A program made the translations under genes and the position numbers. DNA of 58,088 nucleotides from Glaciecola sp. (lineage in GTDB: Bacteria; Planctomycetota; UBA1135; GCA-002686595): positions 1-58,088 of the forward strand of contig JBLFXY010000001.1 of NCBI GenBank assembly GCA_047611645.1, given 5' to 3'. A model generated the notes under the pieces. That model worked only from the letters and a program-made list of their open reading frames with translations, made no database searches and had not been told where the DNA came from. Positions 45,836-55,410 of this stretch are shown here, piece by piece. How positions within the stretch are numbered: position 1 is the first letter of the stretch; every line of letters starts with the position of its first letter.

Positions 45836-46503
45836 CGGGGACCTCCAGAATTCTGGCTAGGTGATGCAAACGCACCCAGGATGCCCATGCCGCTGGCGGC
45901 TTGGGACTGGTTGGGGAAGGCTCTTTGCAAACCTTCAAGTGAGTCATAGCTGACCAAACGCAGGGATGACCCGTCGGTTCCTTGGCTGGAGCTGAAGTAT
46001 CCGCCCAGGAAAAGGGGCGTCGCCAAGAGCGCCAAAGCGAGGGTGGCTCCTGCCATCAACCTGCGGGGGGACATCCAGCGAGAGCGCTGATCTAAAGTTC
46101 TATGGGCATCCGAAGCTTGGTCGTGCTCGTTGGCGGCGGCCTGCATAGCCTCCAAACGCAGCTCCACGATTCGATCGAGGAACTCAGGTGCCTTGCGCGG
46201 TTCCAGAATGGGCTCGGTGTCCACCCCTTCAAGCCAATCGGAGAATTCCACTTCTTCTTCGCAAACCTCTTCCGAATCAGATTCCGCGCTGTTCTGCATT
46301 CCTTGGAAGACCAGTGAATCCAGTTCCTTGGGAGCCGTCTTGAGATCGAGTGTAGATAGCAACCCTTGGACAAGCCGCAGCCTAGTGATCTGGTGCTCCA
46401 CCTCAGTCATTTCATCATCCGCCGGCGCCCGATCGAGTCGGGGGGCGGCATCAGCGGCGGCTTCGTCGAGCCAGCGTCGAATGATGTCATCGTGTAGGGA
46501 CAT
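45832..46503 (-). CDS. anti-sigma factor (single-pass membrane protein), called by position
   Basis: It lies immediately downstream of the ECF sigma gene, with an acidic cytoplasmic N-terminus and one TM helix (LMAGATLALALLATPLFLGG). Confidence 0.5.
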   Translation of the reverse strand: MSLHDDIIRRWLDEAAADAAPRLDRAPADDEMTEVEHQITRLRLVQGLLSTLDLKTAPKELDSLVFQGMQNSAESDSEEVCEEEVEFSDWLEGVDTEPILEPRKAPEFLDRIVELRLEAMQAAANEHDQASDAHRTLDQRSRWMSPRRLMAGATLALALLATPLFLGGYFSSSQGTDGSSLRLVSYDSLEGLQRAFPNQSQAASGMGILGAFASPSQNSGGPR

Positions 46504-46532
46504 GGGAGGGCAGATTTAGGAGAGTGGGCTGT

Positions 46533-47231
46533 TCAGTCAGTAAAATGACGGTCCATGAGCGGAGAAAGTTCCCGATCCATTGCCGCATGTGCCCTTGAAA
46601 GTCGGGATTTTACCGTTCCCAAGGAAATCTCAAGCGTTTCGGCGATGCCTTCGTAGGGCAAACCCTCGATGTAGCGCAGCACGATAATGGAGCGAAGTTT
46701 GGGGCTCAGACGCAATATGGCGGTTTGAACCTCGGTCTCCAACTCCCGGCGCGAGGCCGCGACGGAAGGGCGTGAGTGCCGGGTGTCCTCGAATTGGGGC
46801 ACGCTCTTTTCGGGCTTCGATCTGAGTGCATCCAAGGATGCGGCAGGCCGGCTCTTGGCCCGGCGCTTGAGGTCGATGCTTGCATTGACCGCGATGCGGT
46901 ATACCCAACTCGAAAATTTCGACTCAAAGCGAAAACCTTGGAGGCGCCGAAAGATCTGGCTGAAGGCTTCCTGGGATGCGTCCAAAGCATCGGCCGCGTT
47001 GCCCGTGATTCGGAAGCACACGCTGTAAACACGATCCTTGTAACCGTCGTAGATCGGTCGGAACGTACCTTGATACCCCTCTTCGCTGGCGGCTGCCGCC
47101 TGGCATTTTTTAACGAGGTCCCTATCAGGATCGAGGCTTGTGCTCTTGCTTCTTATCAATGTTTTTCTGTGACGGGGATTGTTTGTGCTTTGTTCCACTG
47201 CCTGAAAAAAGCAGTAGGTTTTAGATCTCAA
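46533..47231 (-). CDS. ECF-type RNA polymerase sigma-70 family factor
   Basis: Region 2 reads YKDRVYSVCFRITGNAADALDASQEAFSQIFRRLQGFRFESKFSSWVYRIAVNASIDLKRR. Region 4 reads LSPKLRSIIVLRYIEGLPYEGIAETLEISLGTVKSRLSRA. The true start is probably downstream of the TTG at 47231. Confidence 0.85.
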   Translation of the reverse strand: MRSKTYCFFQAVEQSTNNPRHRKTLIRSKSTSLDPDRDLVKKCQAAAASEEGYQGTFRPIYDGYKDRVYSVCFRITGNAADALDASQEAFSQIFRRLQGFRFESKFSSWVYRIAVNASIDLKRRAKSRPAASLDALRSKPEKSVPQFEDTRHSRPSVAASRRELETEVQTAILRLSPKLRSIIVLRYIEGLPYEGIAETLEISLGTVKSRLSRAHAAMDRELSPLMDRHFTD

Positions 47232-47246
47232 TTTGAAACCGAATCA

Positions 47247-48278
47247 TCAACCACCCAGCAGATTGCGCGGGTTGACCGTTTCAAAGGTGCTTCCAACCGA
47301 AGCAGAGCAAGCTCCCAAATCGCAGAAGGCCGCCCAGCCGGATTGGCAATCGGCTGCAACGATCTCTGTGATGATCGTAGACCCAGGACCCGTCCCAACC
47401 ACCTCGGAAGACTGCAAACAGACCATTCCAGGGGTGCCTGGATTGTTTTGCGTATCGCCCGGATCCGGGGGGATGGGCTGAGTGATTTGGTCGCCAGGCG
47501 AAGGCAACTGGCCGCTGCTATTCGGAGGGAGTGTGTGGCCGGCTCGGGTCCAATACACCGAATTGACCGCAGCATCGCCTGATAGGCGGCAAGTAGCCGC
47601 TGAGTAAAAGCCACTTGAGGTTCTCTCACCAATGGCTGCAATCCAAAGGATCTCGCCAGGCCCCTGCACCATGGCAGGTGAAAGCTCCACGCTGATCGAC
47701 CGCATGGCGCCGCCACCAGGCAGAATACTGTTCGAGACCGTTGAAAATTGATCTAGGCGATCCAAATCGATCGCAGTCAGCCCCACGCTAGTCTTCACCG
47801 ACAATGCAAATACCTTCGAATCGAACTGCCCCGTAGCGGAATACAGGAGAATTTGCAACGTGGTCAGGCCCCCGCCCCCACGTGCCACCAAGCCACACCC
47901 CATTTCTTTTCCAGGGCTCGGGCTGTGCGCCGACAAAACGGGAGAGGTGCCTAGTGCAAGCTCCATTGCATCTGAAGCGCCATCGCCATCCGTATCCACC
48001 AAGTAGGGCGAAGTTCCCAACACATGCTCTTGAGCATCGGGAAGACCATCGCCGTCCGAGTCTTCCACTCTCACAGCTGACGCAAGCAGGGACCGATCTG
48101 GCTCCAACATCCAATTGGAAACCGCCATCGCTGACAAGGCCACCAAACCAGCAGTCACTCCAAAAATGGATGGACTGGAATTTCTTCTACCCTTGCGGGG
48201 AAACTGGAGATTATTTGCCTGCGGAGTGAGCATGCATGGGCCTCGTGAGGAAACGGAATGTGGGGGAGCGGGCGACAA
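47247..48278 (-). CDS. secreted protein with thrombospondin-type-3-like calcium-binding repeats
   Basis: The repeats are DSDGDGLPDAQEHVLGTSP and DTDGDGASDAMELALGTSP. It has a TM/signal segment, a Cys-containing C-terminus, and an alternative start at ATG 48233. Confidence 0.6.
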   Translation of the reverse strand: MSPAPPHSVSSRGPCMLTPQANNLQFPRKGRRNSSPSIFGVTAGLVALSAMAVSNWMLEPDRSLLASAVRVEDSDGDGLPDAQEHVLGTSPYLVDTDGDGASDAMELALGTSPVLSAHSPSPGKEMGCGLVARGGGGLTTLQILLYSATGQFDSKVFALSVKTSVGLTAIDLDRLDQFSTVSNSILPGGGAMRSISVELSPAMVQGPGEILWIAAIGERTSSGFYSAATCRLSGDAAVNSVYWTRAGHTLPPNSSGQLPSPGDQITQPIPPDPGDTQNNPGTPGMVCLQSSEVVGTGPGSTIITEIVAADCQSGWAAFCDLGACSASVGSTFETVNPRNLLGG

Positions 48279-48475
48279 GCGGGGAGATCGCCGAGTTATT
48301 TAGCATCACCCAGAAGTGTAAATCCGTCAAGGGATCCTCAAATCGACGCCTTAAAACTGAGACAAACGGCCATACCGCGCCCCTAGGGCATATGCCATAT
48401 ACCCCGACCGTCCCGATTCCGTCAAATCCACATAGCACCCGAGCAAGCAATTCATTACATTCCCGGCCCAAATTG

Positions 48476-48552
48476 GCGCCCGTAGCTCAGCTGGATAGAG
48501 TATTCGCCTCCGAAGCGAAAGGCCACAGGTTCGAATCCTGTCGGGCGTACCA
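48476..48552 (+). tRNA. tRNA-Arg (anticodon CCG)
   Basis: Cloverleaf built by hand. The acceptor stem is GCGCCCG/CGGGCGU (G1-U72) and the D arm is GCUC-AGCUGGAUA-GAGU. The anticodon arm is UUCGC-CUCCGAA-GCGAA and the T arm is ACAGG-UUCGAAU-CCUGU. The discriminator is A and the CCA end is encoded. Confidence 0.9.
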
Positions 48553-48617
48553 ATTTCAACTCGAGCGGCGCTTTAAATGTGGAGAGTGCCTGCCCACACG
48601 CGCCCCAGATCGAAAGG

Positions 48618-49916
48618 TCAGTCGTTGAATTCGGCGTCCAGGTTGTGATTGGCCATGAACTCGACGAATGTTTTGGCTCCGAGGTCCATTCCGACTGCGT
48701 TCCAGTGCACGTCCAATGCGCCGACGTAAAGGCCTTGTTCGCGGAGCGGGTCGAAGTGCGGGAAGAGATTTAGAGCGGGGATGCCCGCCTGGGCACACGC
48801 TTCTTCGAATACGCTGCAAAGGCGATCTCGACGGTGCGAGGGGTATCGCTTGGGATCTACGGTCAGCCATGAGCTCGGATCCATGTCGACTCCACCTGGC
48901 ACGACGACGCAAACCAATTCCACGCCATGCGCGTCGCAGAGTTCGCGGAACTTCTGCAGGACTTTGGGAAGCAAGCGAACCTTGTATTGGCTTGAAGGCC
49001 ATTCCGGGTAGATCGCCACATCCGCGTCGTAGGTGTCTCGCAGGAGCCCGTGGGCCACACTCTCGCCCTGCTCCGCGTGGGCCCTGTAGTCCTCGCGCGC
49101 GGCGCGCAAGTAATCCGCGGTGAGTGTGGCGTCCGGCTTGGGCGGAAGACCCAGGCGCTTCAGTCGCTGGTGCGTTTTCCAAAGCCGCAAGAGTCCGGGC
49201 TGCTTGGCATCCGCCATGTGCTGCTCAAACCATTGCACCTCGTCCGGGCTCACGGTCGCGCGTTTGCGTTGCAACTCGCCATCCGCGTCAAGTGCCACCA
49301 GGTGATTGCGCATCATGTCACCCAGGTCGTTGTGCGAGCAAAGCACCAGAACCACCCCATCTGGCTTGTGCACCGGAATCTGCCGCTCCATGCGCAACAG
49401 GATTTGATCCGGCCCGTAGCCGGTCACCCCCGAGGAAAGTACCTCCACCCGCCCACCCCAACGATCCGCAAGTCGCGCTCCAAAAGTCGCTTCGTACGAG
49501 ACGTTTTCCGCCATCACAAAAGAGTCCCCAAACACCATCCAACGCGGTCGCTCCCGCGCTTCATCTGGCCCTGGTCCTCGAAAGCCGTTTTCGTCCATAC
49601 GCACGATCACCCGTTCGCCGCCCACGCGCTCCGACATGAACTGGATGTGAGCCGAATTGGGAATAGGCGCAAAGAGCAGATCGTCGTCCGGTTGCAAGAT
49701 GGTTTGCCCCACCGGCCAATACCTGCGAATTCCAATCTCAGCACATAGCAGCGCCAGGGCCAATACGCCCAAAGCCAGAGCTAAGACCTTCACCAGGCCT
49801 TTGCCTCGCCCACCATTTTTGTCCGCTGCGGCCTCTTGCATGCCGCCAGTGTAGCCCGATTCACGGGCTTGACGGAAAGGGATATGCACCCCACGATGCT
49901 GCCATGCGCACGCCAT
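48618..49916 (-). CDS. SGNH/GDSL-family hydrolase-like membrane-anchored protein
   Basis: N-terminal TM helix (VLALALGVLALALLCA), then a WMVFGDSFV GDS block and GVTGYGPDQ. The likely start is ATG 49841. Confidence 0.55.
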   Translation of the reverse strand: MACAWQHRGVHIPFRQARESGYTGGMQEAAADKNGGRGKGLVKVLALALGVLALALLCAEIGIRRYWPVGQTILQPDDDLLFAPIPNSAHIQFMSERVGGERVIVRMDENGFRGPGPDEARERPRWMVFGDSFVMAENVSYEATFGARLADRWGGRVEVLSSGVTGYGPDQILLRMERQIPVHKPDGVVLVLCSHNDLGDMMRNHLVALDADGELQRKRATVSPDEVQWFEQHMADAKQPGLLRLWKTHQRLKRLGLPPKPDATLTADYLRAAREDYRAHAEQGESVAHGLLRDTYDADVAIYPEWPSSQYKVRLLPKVLQKFRELCDAHGVELVCVVVPGGVDMDPSSWLTVDPKRYPSHRRDRLCSVFEEACAQAGIPALNLFPHFDPLREQGLYVGALDVHWNAVGMDLGAKTFVEFMANHNLDAEFND

Positions 49917-51022
49917 TCAAAATCCTCGCCATCCTGCTGCTCTTGGGCCTCGTCTCAGGAACCGTCGTCTGGAGCCATATGGGCTCCGACCCCAAGGTTG
50001 TGATCGACCAGGACCAGCTCGATAAAGCCCTTTCGACCGGCGCAGGGTCCTTGGACATCCAGATCGAAGGCCAATTGGATTGGCACCCCAGCAACCTGGG
50101 GGAAGTGCGCTCGTTGCTCGGTGAAGAATCGCTCATGGCCGCCCACTCAAAGCTGACCGAACATCTCGCCGCCAAACCCGAAAGCGGCGCCACCCATGTA
50201 CTCATGGCGGAAGTCTTGCGCCGCCTGGAGCGACTGGACGAGGCATTGGAACACGCGGAAAGAGGCGCGCAGATCCTCTCGAACAAGGGCCGAGCGCACT
50301 ATGTACACGCACGTGTCTTGGCCTCGCGCCTGGCGAACATGGCCAAGAAGGGCGGCAAGATGGGCCTGTTCAAAGCCGCAGGCAAAGTCGGTCCGTACCG
50401 CGACGCACTGCGCACCGCCATCGAATTGGACCCTGACAACTCCGAAGCCCGCAAAGAAGAAATCCTGTTCTACCTGGCCACCCCCATGATCGGCGACCCC
50501 GCCAAAGGTTTGGAATTAGCCCAAGGCATGGAGGCAGAACACCCCATGCACGGCAAGCTCTCGGTGGCGCGCGCCCTGTACTTCACGGACAAAAAAGAGC
50601 AAGCCGTGGAACTAGCCCGCGAAGCCGTCTACTTATTCCCCGACTCCACGGAGCCTACTTGGGTCCTGGGATCGATCCTGTACCGCTGCGAACGATACGA
50701 TGAGGCAGAAGTGGAACTCGCCAAGCTCACGAAGGGGCCCAAGAACGAAACCTACTATCAAGCCATCTACTCGCGCATGCTGCTCAGGACGCGCCAAGAC
50801 AAGGATGGAGAGACCGCCCTACTGCTGGCCGAGGAATACCTGGCGGCCAACCCACAATGGGAGTGGGCCCCCAAGCTCGCCGCAGTTTGGTGCGAGAAGG
50901 GTTACGCCCTGCAAGACCTGGGACGCCATGACGAAGCCCGCGCCGCCTTGCAGGAATCTTTGAAGCTGGATCCAGACTCCGATCGCGCCAAGCGCTGCCT
51001 CAAGGAACTCAAAAACTCCTGA
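49904..51022 (+). CDS. TPR-repeat protein with a signal anchor
   Basis: MRTPFKILAILLLLGLVSG followed by multiple TPR-like helix pairs (ALRTAIELDPDNSEA, ALQESLKLDPDSDRA). Confidence 0.7.
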   Translation: MRTPFKILAILLLLGLVSGTVVWSHMGSDPKVVIDQDQLDKALSTGAGSLDIQIEGQLDWHPSNLGEVRSLLGEESLMAAHSKLTEHLAAKPESGATHVLMAEVLRRLERLDEALEHAERGAQILSNKGRAHYVHARVLASRLANMAKKGGKMGLFKAAGKVGPYRDALRTAIELDPDNSEARKEEILFYLATPMIGDPAKGLELAQGMEAEHPMHGKLSVARALYFTDKKEQAVELAREAVYLFPDSTEPTWVLGSILYRCERYDEAEVELAKLTKGPKNETYYQAIYSRMLLRTRQDKDGETALLLAEEYLAANPQWEWAPKLAAVWCEKGYALQDLGRHDEARAALQESLKLDPDSDRAKRCLKELKNS

Positions 51023-52102
51023 TCAGCGCATGCGGATCTTGCGCAGCAGGTAGGCCGAGACAATAAAGCCCAAAAGGGGCACCGACCAAGCTCCCACCCA
51101 GGGAGCGACGACTCCGGAGCGCCCCAACTCGCGTCCAAGTCGAACCGCGAGCAGGTAGTAGATCAGGCCGAACCCAATCGAGATCGCTAGCGCACCCAAC
51201 TGGGTTCCGCGGCGCATGAGAAGGCCCGTGGGAGCTCCGATGCCCAGGAAGACGATGAAGATCACCGCCATGCTCATACGGTAGTGCAACTCAAATAGCA
51301 TCGATTTGCGCTGCGCAGGATCATCGACTCCGGCGCTCAGTTTGGCTCGAATGTCCGTCGACTTGAGGTACTTGACCTTGGTTCCAATCTTGCCTGTCTG
51401 CCCCAGTAGTTTGGCGATCGGAATGCGAATATAGAGGCGTTCAGCCTCTGGCTTGCCGCCTTCCGCTGTGATCGTGGTGGCATCCCAGAGATCGACGTAA
51501 AAGACATCGCCCTCCGTGCGGATGTGCACTTTCCTGGCGAATACGTCGGTACTACGGCCTTCACCTTGCTCATCCGGCTTGCGGATGTGCACGTCGTAAA
51601 GGATGTTTGGATCCTTTCGATCGCGCCACTTGGTATTGATGAAGAAGTCCCCGAACTGCAAGGTGGTCCTGCCTGGCTGCAGGTTCTTCAACGACGAATC
51701 GGCGGCGTCGCGTAATAGCTGCCGTTGCTCCAACTTGGACGAAGGCATGTCCACCGAGACCATCCAATACGTGAATCCACCCAGCGCCGCCGCCACGACG
51801 AATCCAGGAAACAGCAGCTTCCACGGATGAATGCCCGCCATCAACATGGCCGTCCACTCCTTGTCCGCCGCCAGCCTTCCGTAGGTCGCGACCACCGCGA
51901 GAATGAAACAGATCGGCAGGGCGTGGGGCGCGAGGGTCTTGAGCACCAACGGCAGGTAGCGCAACAGGATGGTTGCATCCGCGTTGGGCATGCGGTGCAC
52001 CGTGGAAACCGCAATACCTGGCAGAGCCACGAACAGAATGCCCGCGACGGCCATGGCTAGGGCCACGATCAACTGTTTAAAGATGTATGTCTGCAGCTTC
52101 AT
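51023..52102 (-). CDS. LptF/LptG-family LPS export permease (YjgP/YjgQ)
   Basis: ATG 52102 gives MKLQTYIFKQLIVALAMAVAGILFV..., with three TM helices, a periplasmic beta-jellyroll-sized loop and three more TM helices. Confidence 0.75.
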   Translation of the reverse strand: MKLQTYIFKQLIVALAMAVAGILFVALPGIAVSTVHRMPNADATILLRYLPLVLKTLAPHALPICFILAVVATYGRLAADKEWTAMLMAGIHPWKLLFPGFVVAAALGGFTYWMVSVDMPSSKLEQRQLLRDAADSSLKNLQPGRTTLQFGDFFINTKWRDRKDPNILYDVHIRKPDEQGEGRSTDVFARKVHIRTEGDVFYVDLWDATTITAEGGKPEAERLYIRIPIAKLLGQTGKIGTKVKYLKSTDIRAKLSAGVDDPAQRKSMLFELHYRMSMAVIFIVFLGIGAPTGLLMRRGTQLGALAISIGFGLIYYLLAVRLGRELGRSGVVAPWVGAWSVPLLGFIVSAYLLRKIRMR

Positions 52103-52213
52103 CGGTTCGGCCCGGGAGTATACCCGGACGGGGTGCGTGCTCGCCCACCCATCAAGGGGCAACGAAGGGCGATTCCCATTCGCCGGGTCATGCCCGACAT
52201 TTTGGCGCCCTCC

Positions 52214-52576
52214 CTACTTTTGTAGGTCGGGAAACTGGTGGGAGCCGCTTTCTAACCAAGGCATGGGCCGTACCCAGTGCGCTGCGGACACCGGCAAGGG
52301 GCCGTAGAGGTGCGGAAAGAGGTCTCCGCCGCGGGAAGGCTCGTACACCAATTTTCCCGTGGCCATGGCTTCCAGAACCTCGGAGTCGATCGCAACCAAC
52401 ACAAGATCCGACTGGCCTGCAAAATGCTTGGCCGCGGTTTCGCGCAGTTGTGACTCGGTAGAGAAGTGAATGTAGCCGTCCGCTAGATCAATCCCCGCCC
52501 CATGGAACACACCCGCATCTGTAGCTTCATCCCAAAGGGGCTTAGGCAGAATTTTGTAGATCGTTTTGGCAGTCAT
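52214..52576 (-). CDS. DUF952 family protein
   Basis: IYKILPKPLWDEA...DLADGYIHFST..Q...A.KHFAGQSDLVLVAID...L......YEPSRGGDLFPHLYGPL. Confidence 0.75.
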   Translation of the reverse strand: MTAKTIYKILPKPLWDEATDAGVFHGAGIDLADGYIHFSTESQLRETAAKHFAGQSDLVLVAIDSEVLEAMATGKLVYEPSRGGDLFPHLYGPLPVSAAHWVRPMPWLESGSHQFPDLQK

Positions 52577-52586
52577 AATTGGGGTC

Positions 52587-53750
52587 CTATTGTTTTCCGC
52601 AAACCGTTCTTAACACCTGCTCCACTTCGCCGAACGTTCCTGTGCGGGTGAAAAGCGGTACGCGTGCCAGAGCATTGTCGACAAATGTCTGACCCAACTC
52701 GGGGTCATCGAGCAAACGCTGCAAGGCCTTGCGCAGGGTTTCGGGATCCTGGGGATCGACCGACAAACCGGTGACGCCATCTTCAACGACCTCGGGGTTG
52801 CCGCAAACGCCGCTGGCAACCATGGATGTCCCGAGAGCCTGGACTTCGAGCAAGGTGTGCGAGAGGCCCTCATATTCGGAATTGAGCACGAAGATGTCCG
52901 CAGAGCGAATGTAGAGGGGAATCTGAACGTGGGGCACGTTCCCTAGGAAGTGCACGCGGAATTCAAGGCCGCTTTGCTTGGCCAATGCGCGCCACTCGTC
53001 CTCCATATCGCCGTCCCCAGCAACGAGCAATTCCACGTCATCGGGTAAACCCTTGAGTGCTTCGATGATGCCGTCCACGCGCTTCCAATTCATCAACCGA
53101 CAGATCGTGAGCAGGTAGCGTTTGTCATCGCGCAGCCCAAGTTTCTCGCGGGCTTGCACGCGAGTCTCAACCACTTCCTCCACCGCCGGGCCGTGATACG
53201 CATTGAAGATGCGTTGCACTTTGTCGGGCGCTTGTCCGTGGTGCTGCACCAGAATCTGGCGCAGGAATTCGGAACAAGAAATGATCTTGGAGCACCAACC
53301 CCACCAGCGCTTCTGCAAAAAGCGCGTCAAGCCCACTTTGAATCCGTAACTCTTCTCTTGGAAGGTGACGATGTCGTCCGTTCCGCACCAGCCCTTGCGA
53401 TGAGCGATTTCCCAGGCCCCATCCACCATGATTCGAATCACAACCGGCTTGCGGCGCAATCGCGCGGCAAGCACATGCAGCAGGGCCAGGTGTTCGTTCA
53501 CATACACCACGTCCACGTGCTTGGCTTGGCACCAAACACGCCAAAAGGCCTTCAAATAGCGGATAGGGAGAGGTCCGCGCGGGATCGCATGCACCTCGAA
53601 CGGATAACCTTGGGGGTTCTCCTCGCTGCAAAACGCCACGACCTGTACCTCATGTCCACGCTCCACCAAGAACCGACCGAGGGACGGCACGTAGACGGCC
53701 GGTCCCCCCAGGTCGGGTGGAAAAACGGGTGAGGTGAGCAGGACGCGCAC
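52587..53750 (-). CDS. family 4 (GT-B) glycosyltransferase
   Basis: MRVLLTSPVFPPDLGGPAVYV at the N-terminus and a C-terminal EGLSHTLLEVQALGTSMVASGVCGNPEVVEDGVTG E-x7-E-like block. Confidence 0.8.
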   Translation of the reverse strand: MRVLLTSPVFPPDLGGPAVYVPSLGRFLVERGHEVQVVAFCSEENPQGYPFEVHAIPRGPLPIRYLKAFWRVWCQAKHVDVVYVNEHLALLHVLAARLRRKPVVIRIMVDGAWEIAHRKGWCGTDDIVTFQEKSYGFKVGLTRFLQKRWWGWCSKIISCSEFLRQILVQHHGQAPDKVQRIFNAYHGPAVEEVVETRVQAREKLGLRDDKRYLLTICRLMNWKRVDGIIEALKGLPDDVELLVAGDGDMEDEWRALAKQSGLEFRVHFLGNVPHVQIPLYIRSADIFVLNSEYEGLSHTLLEVQALGTSMVASGVCGNPEVVEDGVTGLSVDPQDPETLRKALQRLLDDPELGQTFVDNALARVPLFTRTGTFGEVEQVLRTVCGKQ

Positions 53751-53761
53751 GGCGAAAACTC

Positions 53762-55246
53762 CTAGACGTGGTCGGGCACGTTGTCCCGTTGCTCTACGCG
53801 CTCGACTTCAATGGCCTTGAGAGACTCGATGGAAACATCGGGCGTGGGATAGTCCCCGGTGAAGCAAGCGTTGCAGAACGACTTCACCTTCGGGTTACCG
53901 GCGCGGGCCGCGTCGTTCATGGACTCGCGATCCAAGTACATGAGCTCGTCGACACCCAATAGTTCCGCGATTTCTTCCACGCTGCGGCTGTCCGCGATGA
54001 ACTCTTTTTTGCTCGCCATGTCGATGCCGTAGGGGCATTGAGCCACGAGCGGCGGGCTCGTCACGGCGAAATACACCTTATTGGCTCCCGCTTCGCGCAC
54101 CATGTCCACGATGTGGCGCGAGGTGTTGCCGCGCACGATCGAATCGTCCACGAGCAAGACGTCCTTGCCCTTGAACTCAATCGGGATGGCGTTGAGCTTG
54201 CGCCGAATCGAAGAGCGACGCGCCTTCTGATTGGGCATGATGAAAGTCCGACCGATGTAGCGGTTTTTAACCAAGCCTTCGCGGTACGTGAGCTTCATTT
54301 CCTCGGCCATGGCCATGGCTGCATCACGCGAGGAATCGGGAATCGGCACGACCACGTCAGGCGTGGGCAGTCCCCTTTCTTTCCACTGCTTGCCGAGGGC
54401 ATAGCCGAAGCGCTGGCGCGTGCGATACACGCTGATATCGTCCAAGAACGAGTCGGGGCGCGCGAAGTAAACGAGCTCGAACACGCACGGGTGATGGGGC
54501 TTCGCGTCCACTTTGCGTTGATCGACCTCGCGGTCCTGACCCACAAAAACCGCCTCGCCCGGACCGATGTCCAAGGTGCGTTCGTAACCGTTCACGTCGA
54601 GCACGACGCTTTCGGAGGCACACGCGTACCACTTGCCTTCTTCGGTGGTTTTCTCACCGAAGCAGATGGGCTTGATGCCGTAGGGATCGCGGAATGCAAC
54701 CATGCCCAGGTCGGCGATCGTAGCGCAGACCGAGTAGGCGCCTTTGACTTCGTCGTAGACGCGCTGGACGGCATAGAAGACGTCTTCCTTATCGACGGCG
54801 CCCTTCTTGTCGTGGAAGCGCTCTGCCAGGGCTTGCTGGAAGACGTAAAGCAGGACTTCCAGGTCGCAATCCGAGTTGAGTCGGGTGCCGGTGGTCGAGA
54901 AGCGCTTGTCGCGCAGCTCCACGAAGTTGGTCACGTTGCCGTTGTGCACCATGGCCGTTCCCAAGGGGAAGGTGTGGTGGAACGGTTGAGCGTCCTCGTT
55001 GGTGTTGCCGCCAACGGTGGGGTAGCGAACGTGTCCGACACCAAGGTTGCCGCGCAAGCGCTGCATATTGGCTTCGTTGAAGACCTCAACAACGAGGCCG
55101 AAGCCCTTTTTGACGTTGAAACGGTCGGTGAAGGTGGTGATGCCTGCGGCGTCTTGGCCACGGTGTTGAACGGCGAGGAGACCTTCGTAGATCTCGTCGG
55201 CGACGTCCGTGCCATCAGGGCCAAAGATTCCAATGAATCCGCACAT
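53762..55246 (-). CDS. purF: amidophosphoribosyltransferase
   Basis: The Ntn start MCGFIGIFG, then RGQDAAGI, GHVRYPTVG, the PRPP loop VLLVDDSIVRGNTS, and a C-terminal Cys cluster. Confidence 0.95.
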   Translation of the reverse strand: MCGFIGIFGPDGTDVADEIYEGLLAVQHRGQDAAGITTFTDRFNVKKGFGLVVEVFNEANMQRLRGNLGVGHVRYPTVGGNTNEDAQPFHHTFPLGTAMVHNGNVTNFVELRDKRFSTTGTRLNSDCDLEVLLYVFQQALAERFHDKKGAVDKEDVFYAVQRVYDEVKGAYSVCATIADLGMVAFRDPYGIKPICFGEKTTEEGKWYACASESVVLDVNGYERTLDIGPGEAVFVGQDREVDQRKVDAKPHHPCVFELVYFARPDSFLDDISVYRTRQRFGYALGKQWKERGLPTPDVVVPIPDSSRDAAMAMAEEMKLTYREGLVKNRYIGRTFIMPNQKARRSSIRRKLNAIPIEFKGKDVLLVDDSIVRGNTSRHIVDMVREAGANKVYFAVTSPPLVAQCPYGIDMASKKEFIADSRSVEEIAELLGVDELMYLDRESMNDAARAGNPKVKSFCNACFTGDYPTPDVSIESLKAIEVERVEQRDNVPDHV

Positions 55247-55410
55247 GAGTGGATCGAGGGGGGTGCGAGGAAGCCGGGGTGGTGAGGCAGGAAGGATAGC
55301 CTCAAGGAGCTCCTATCGGAAGCCTTGCGCCTCGGTTTGGTTTGCGGATCTGGTTAACGACAAGGGGGCCCCCTGCGGGACCCCCTGTGTGGCGCCTGAA
55401 GCCGGTCGTT

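Noticed and set aside
46776-47582. 268-codon plus-strand ORF spanning the sigma factor and TSP3-protein genes
   Set aside because: It is antisense to two well-supported minus-strand genes and crosses their intergenic gap. It has no motifs.
48236-48628. 130-codon plus-strand ORF
   Set aside because: It runs straight through the tRNA-Arg gene at 48476-48552, so it is spurious.
54038-55285. 415-codon plus-strand ORF
   Set aside because: It is antisense to purF, whose identity is unambiguous (MCGFIGIFG..., PRPP loop). The translation has no recognisable features.
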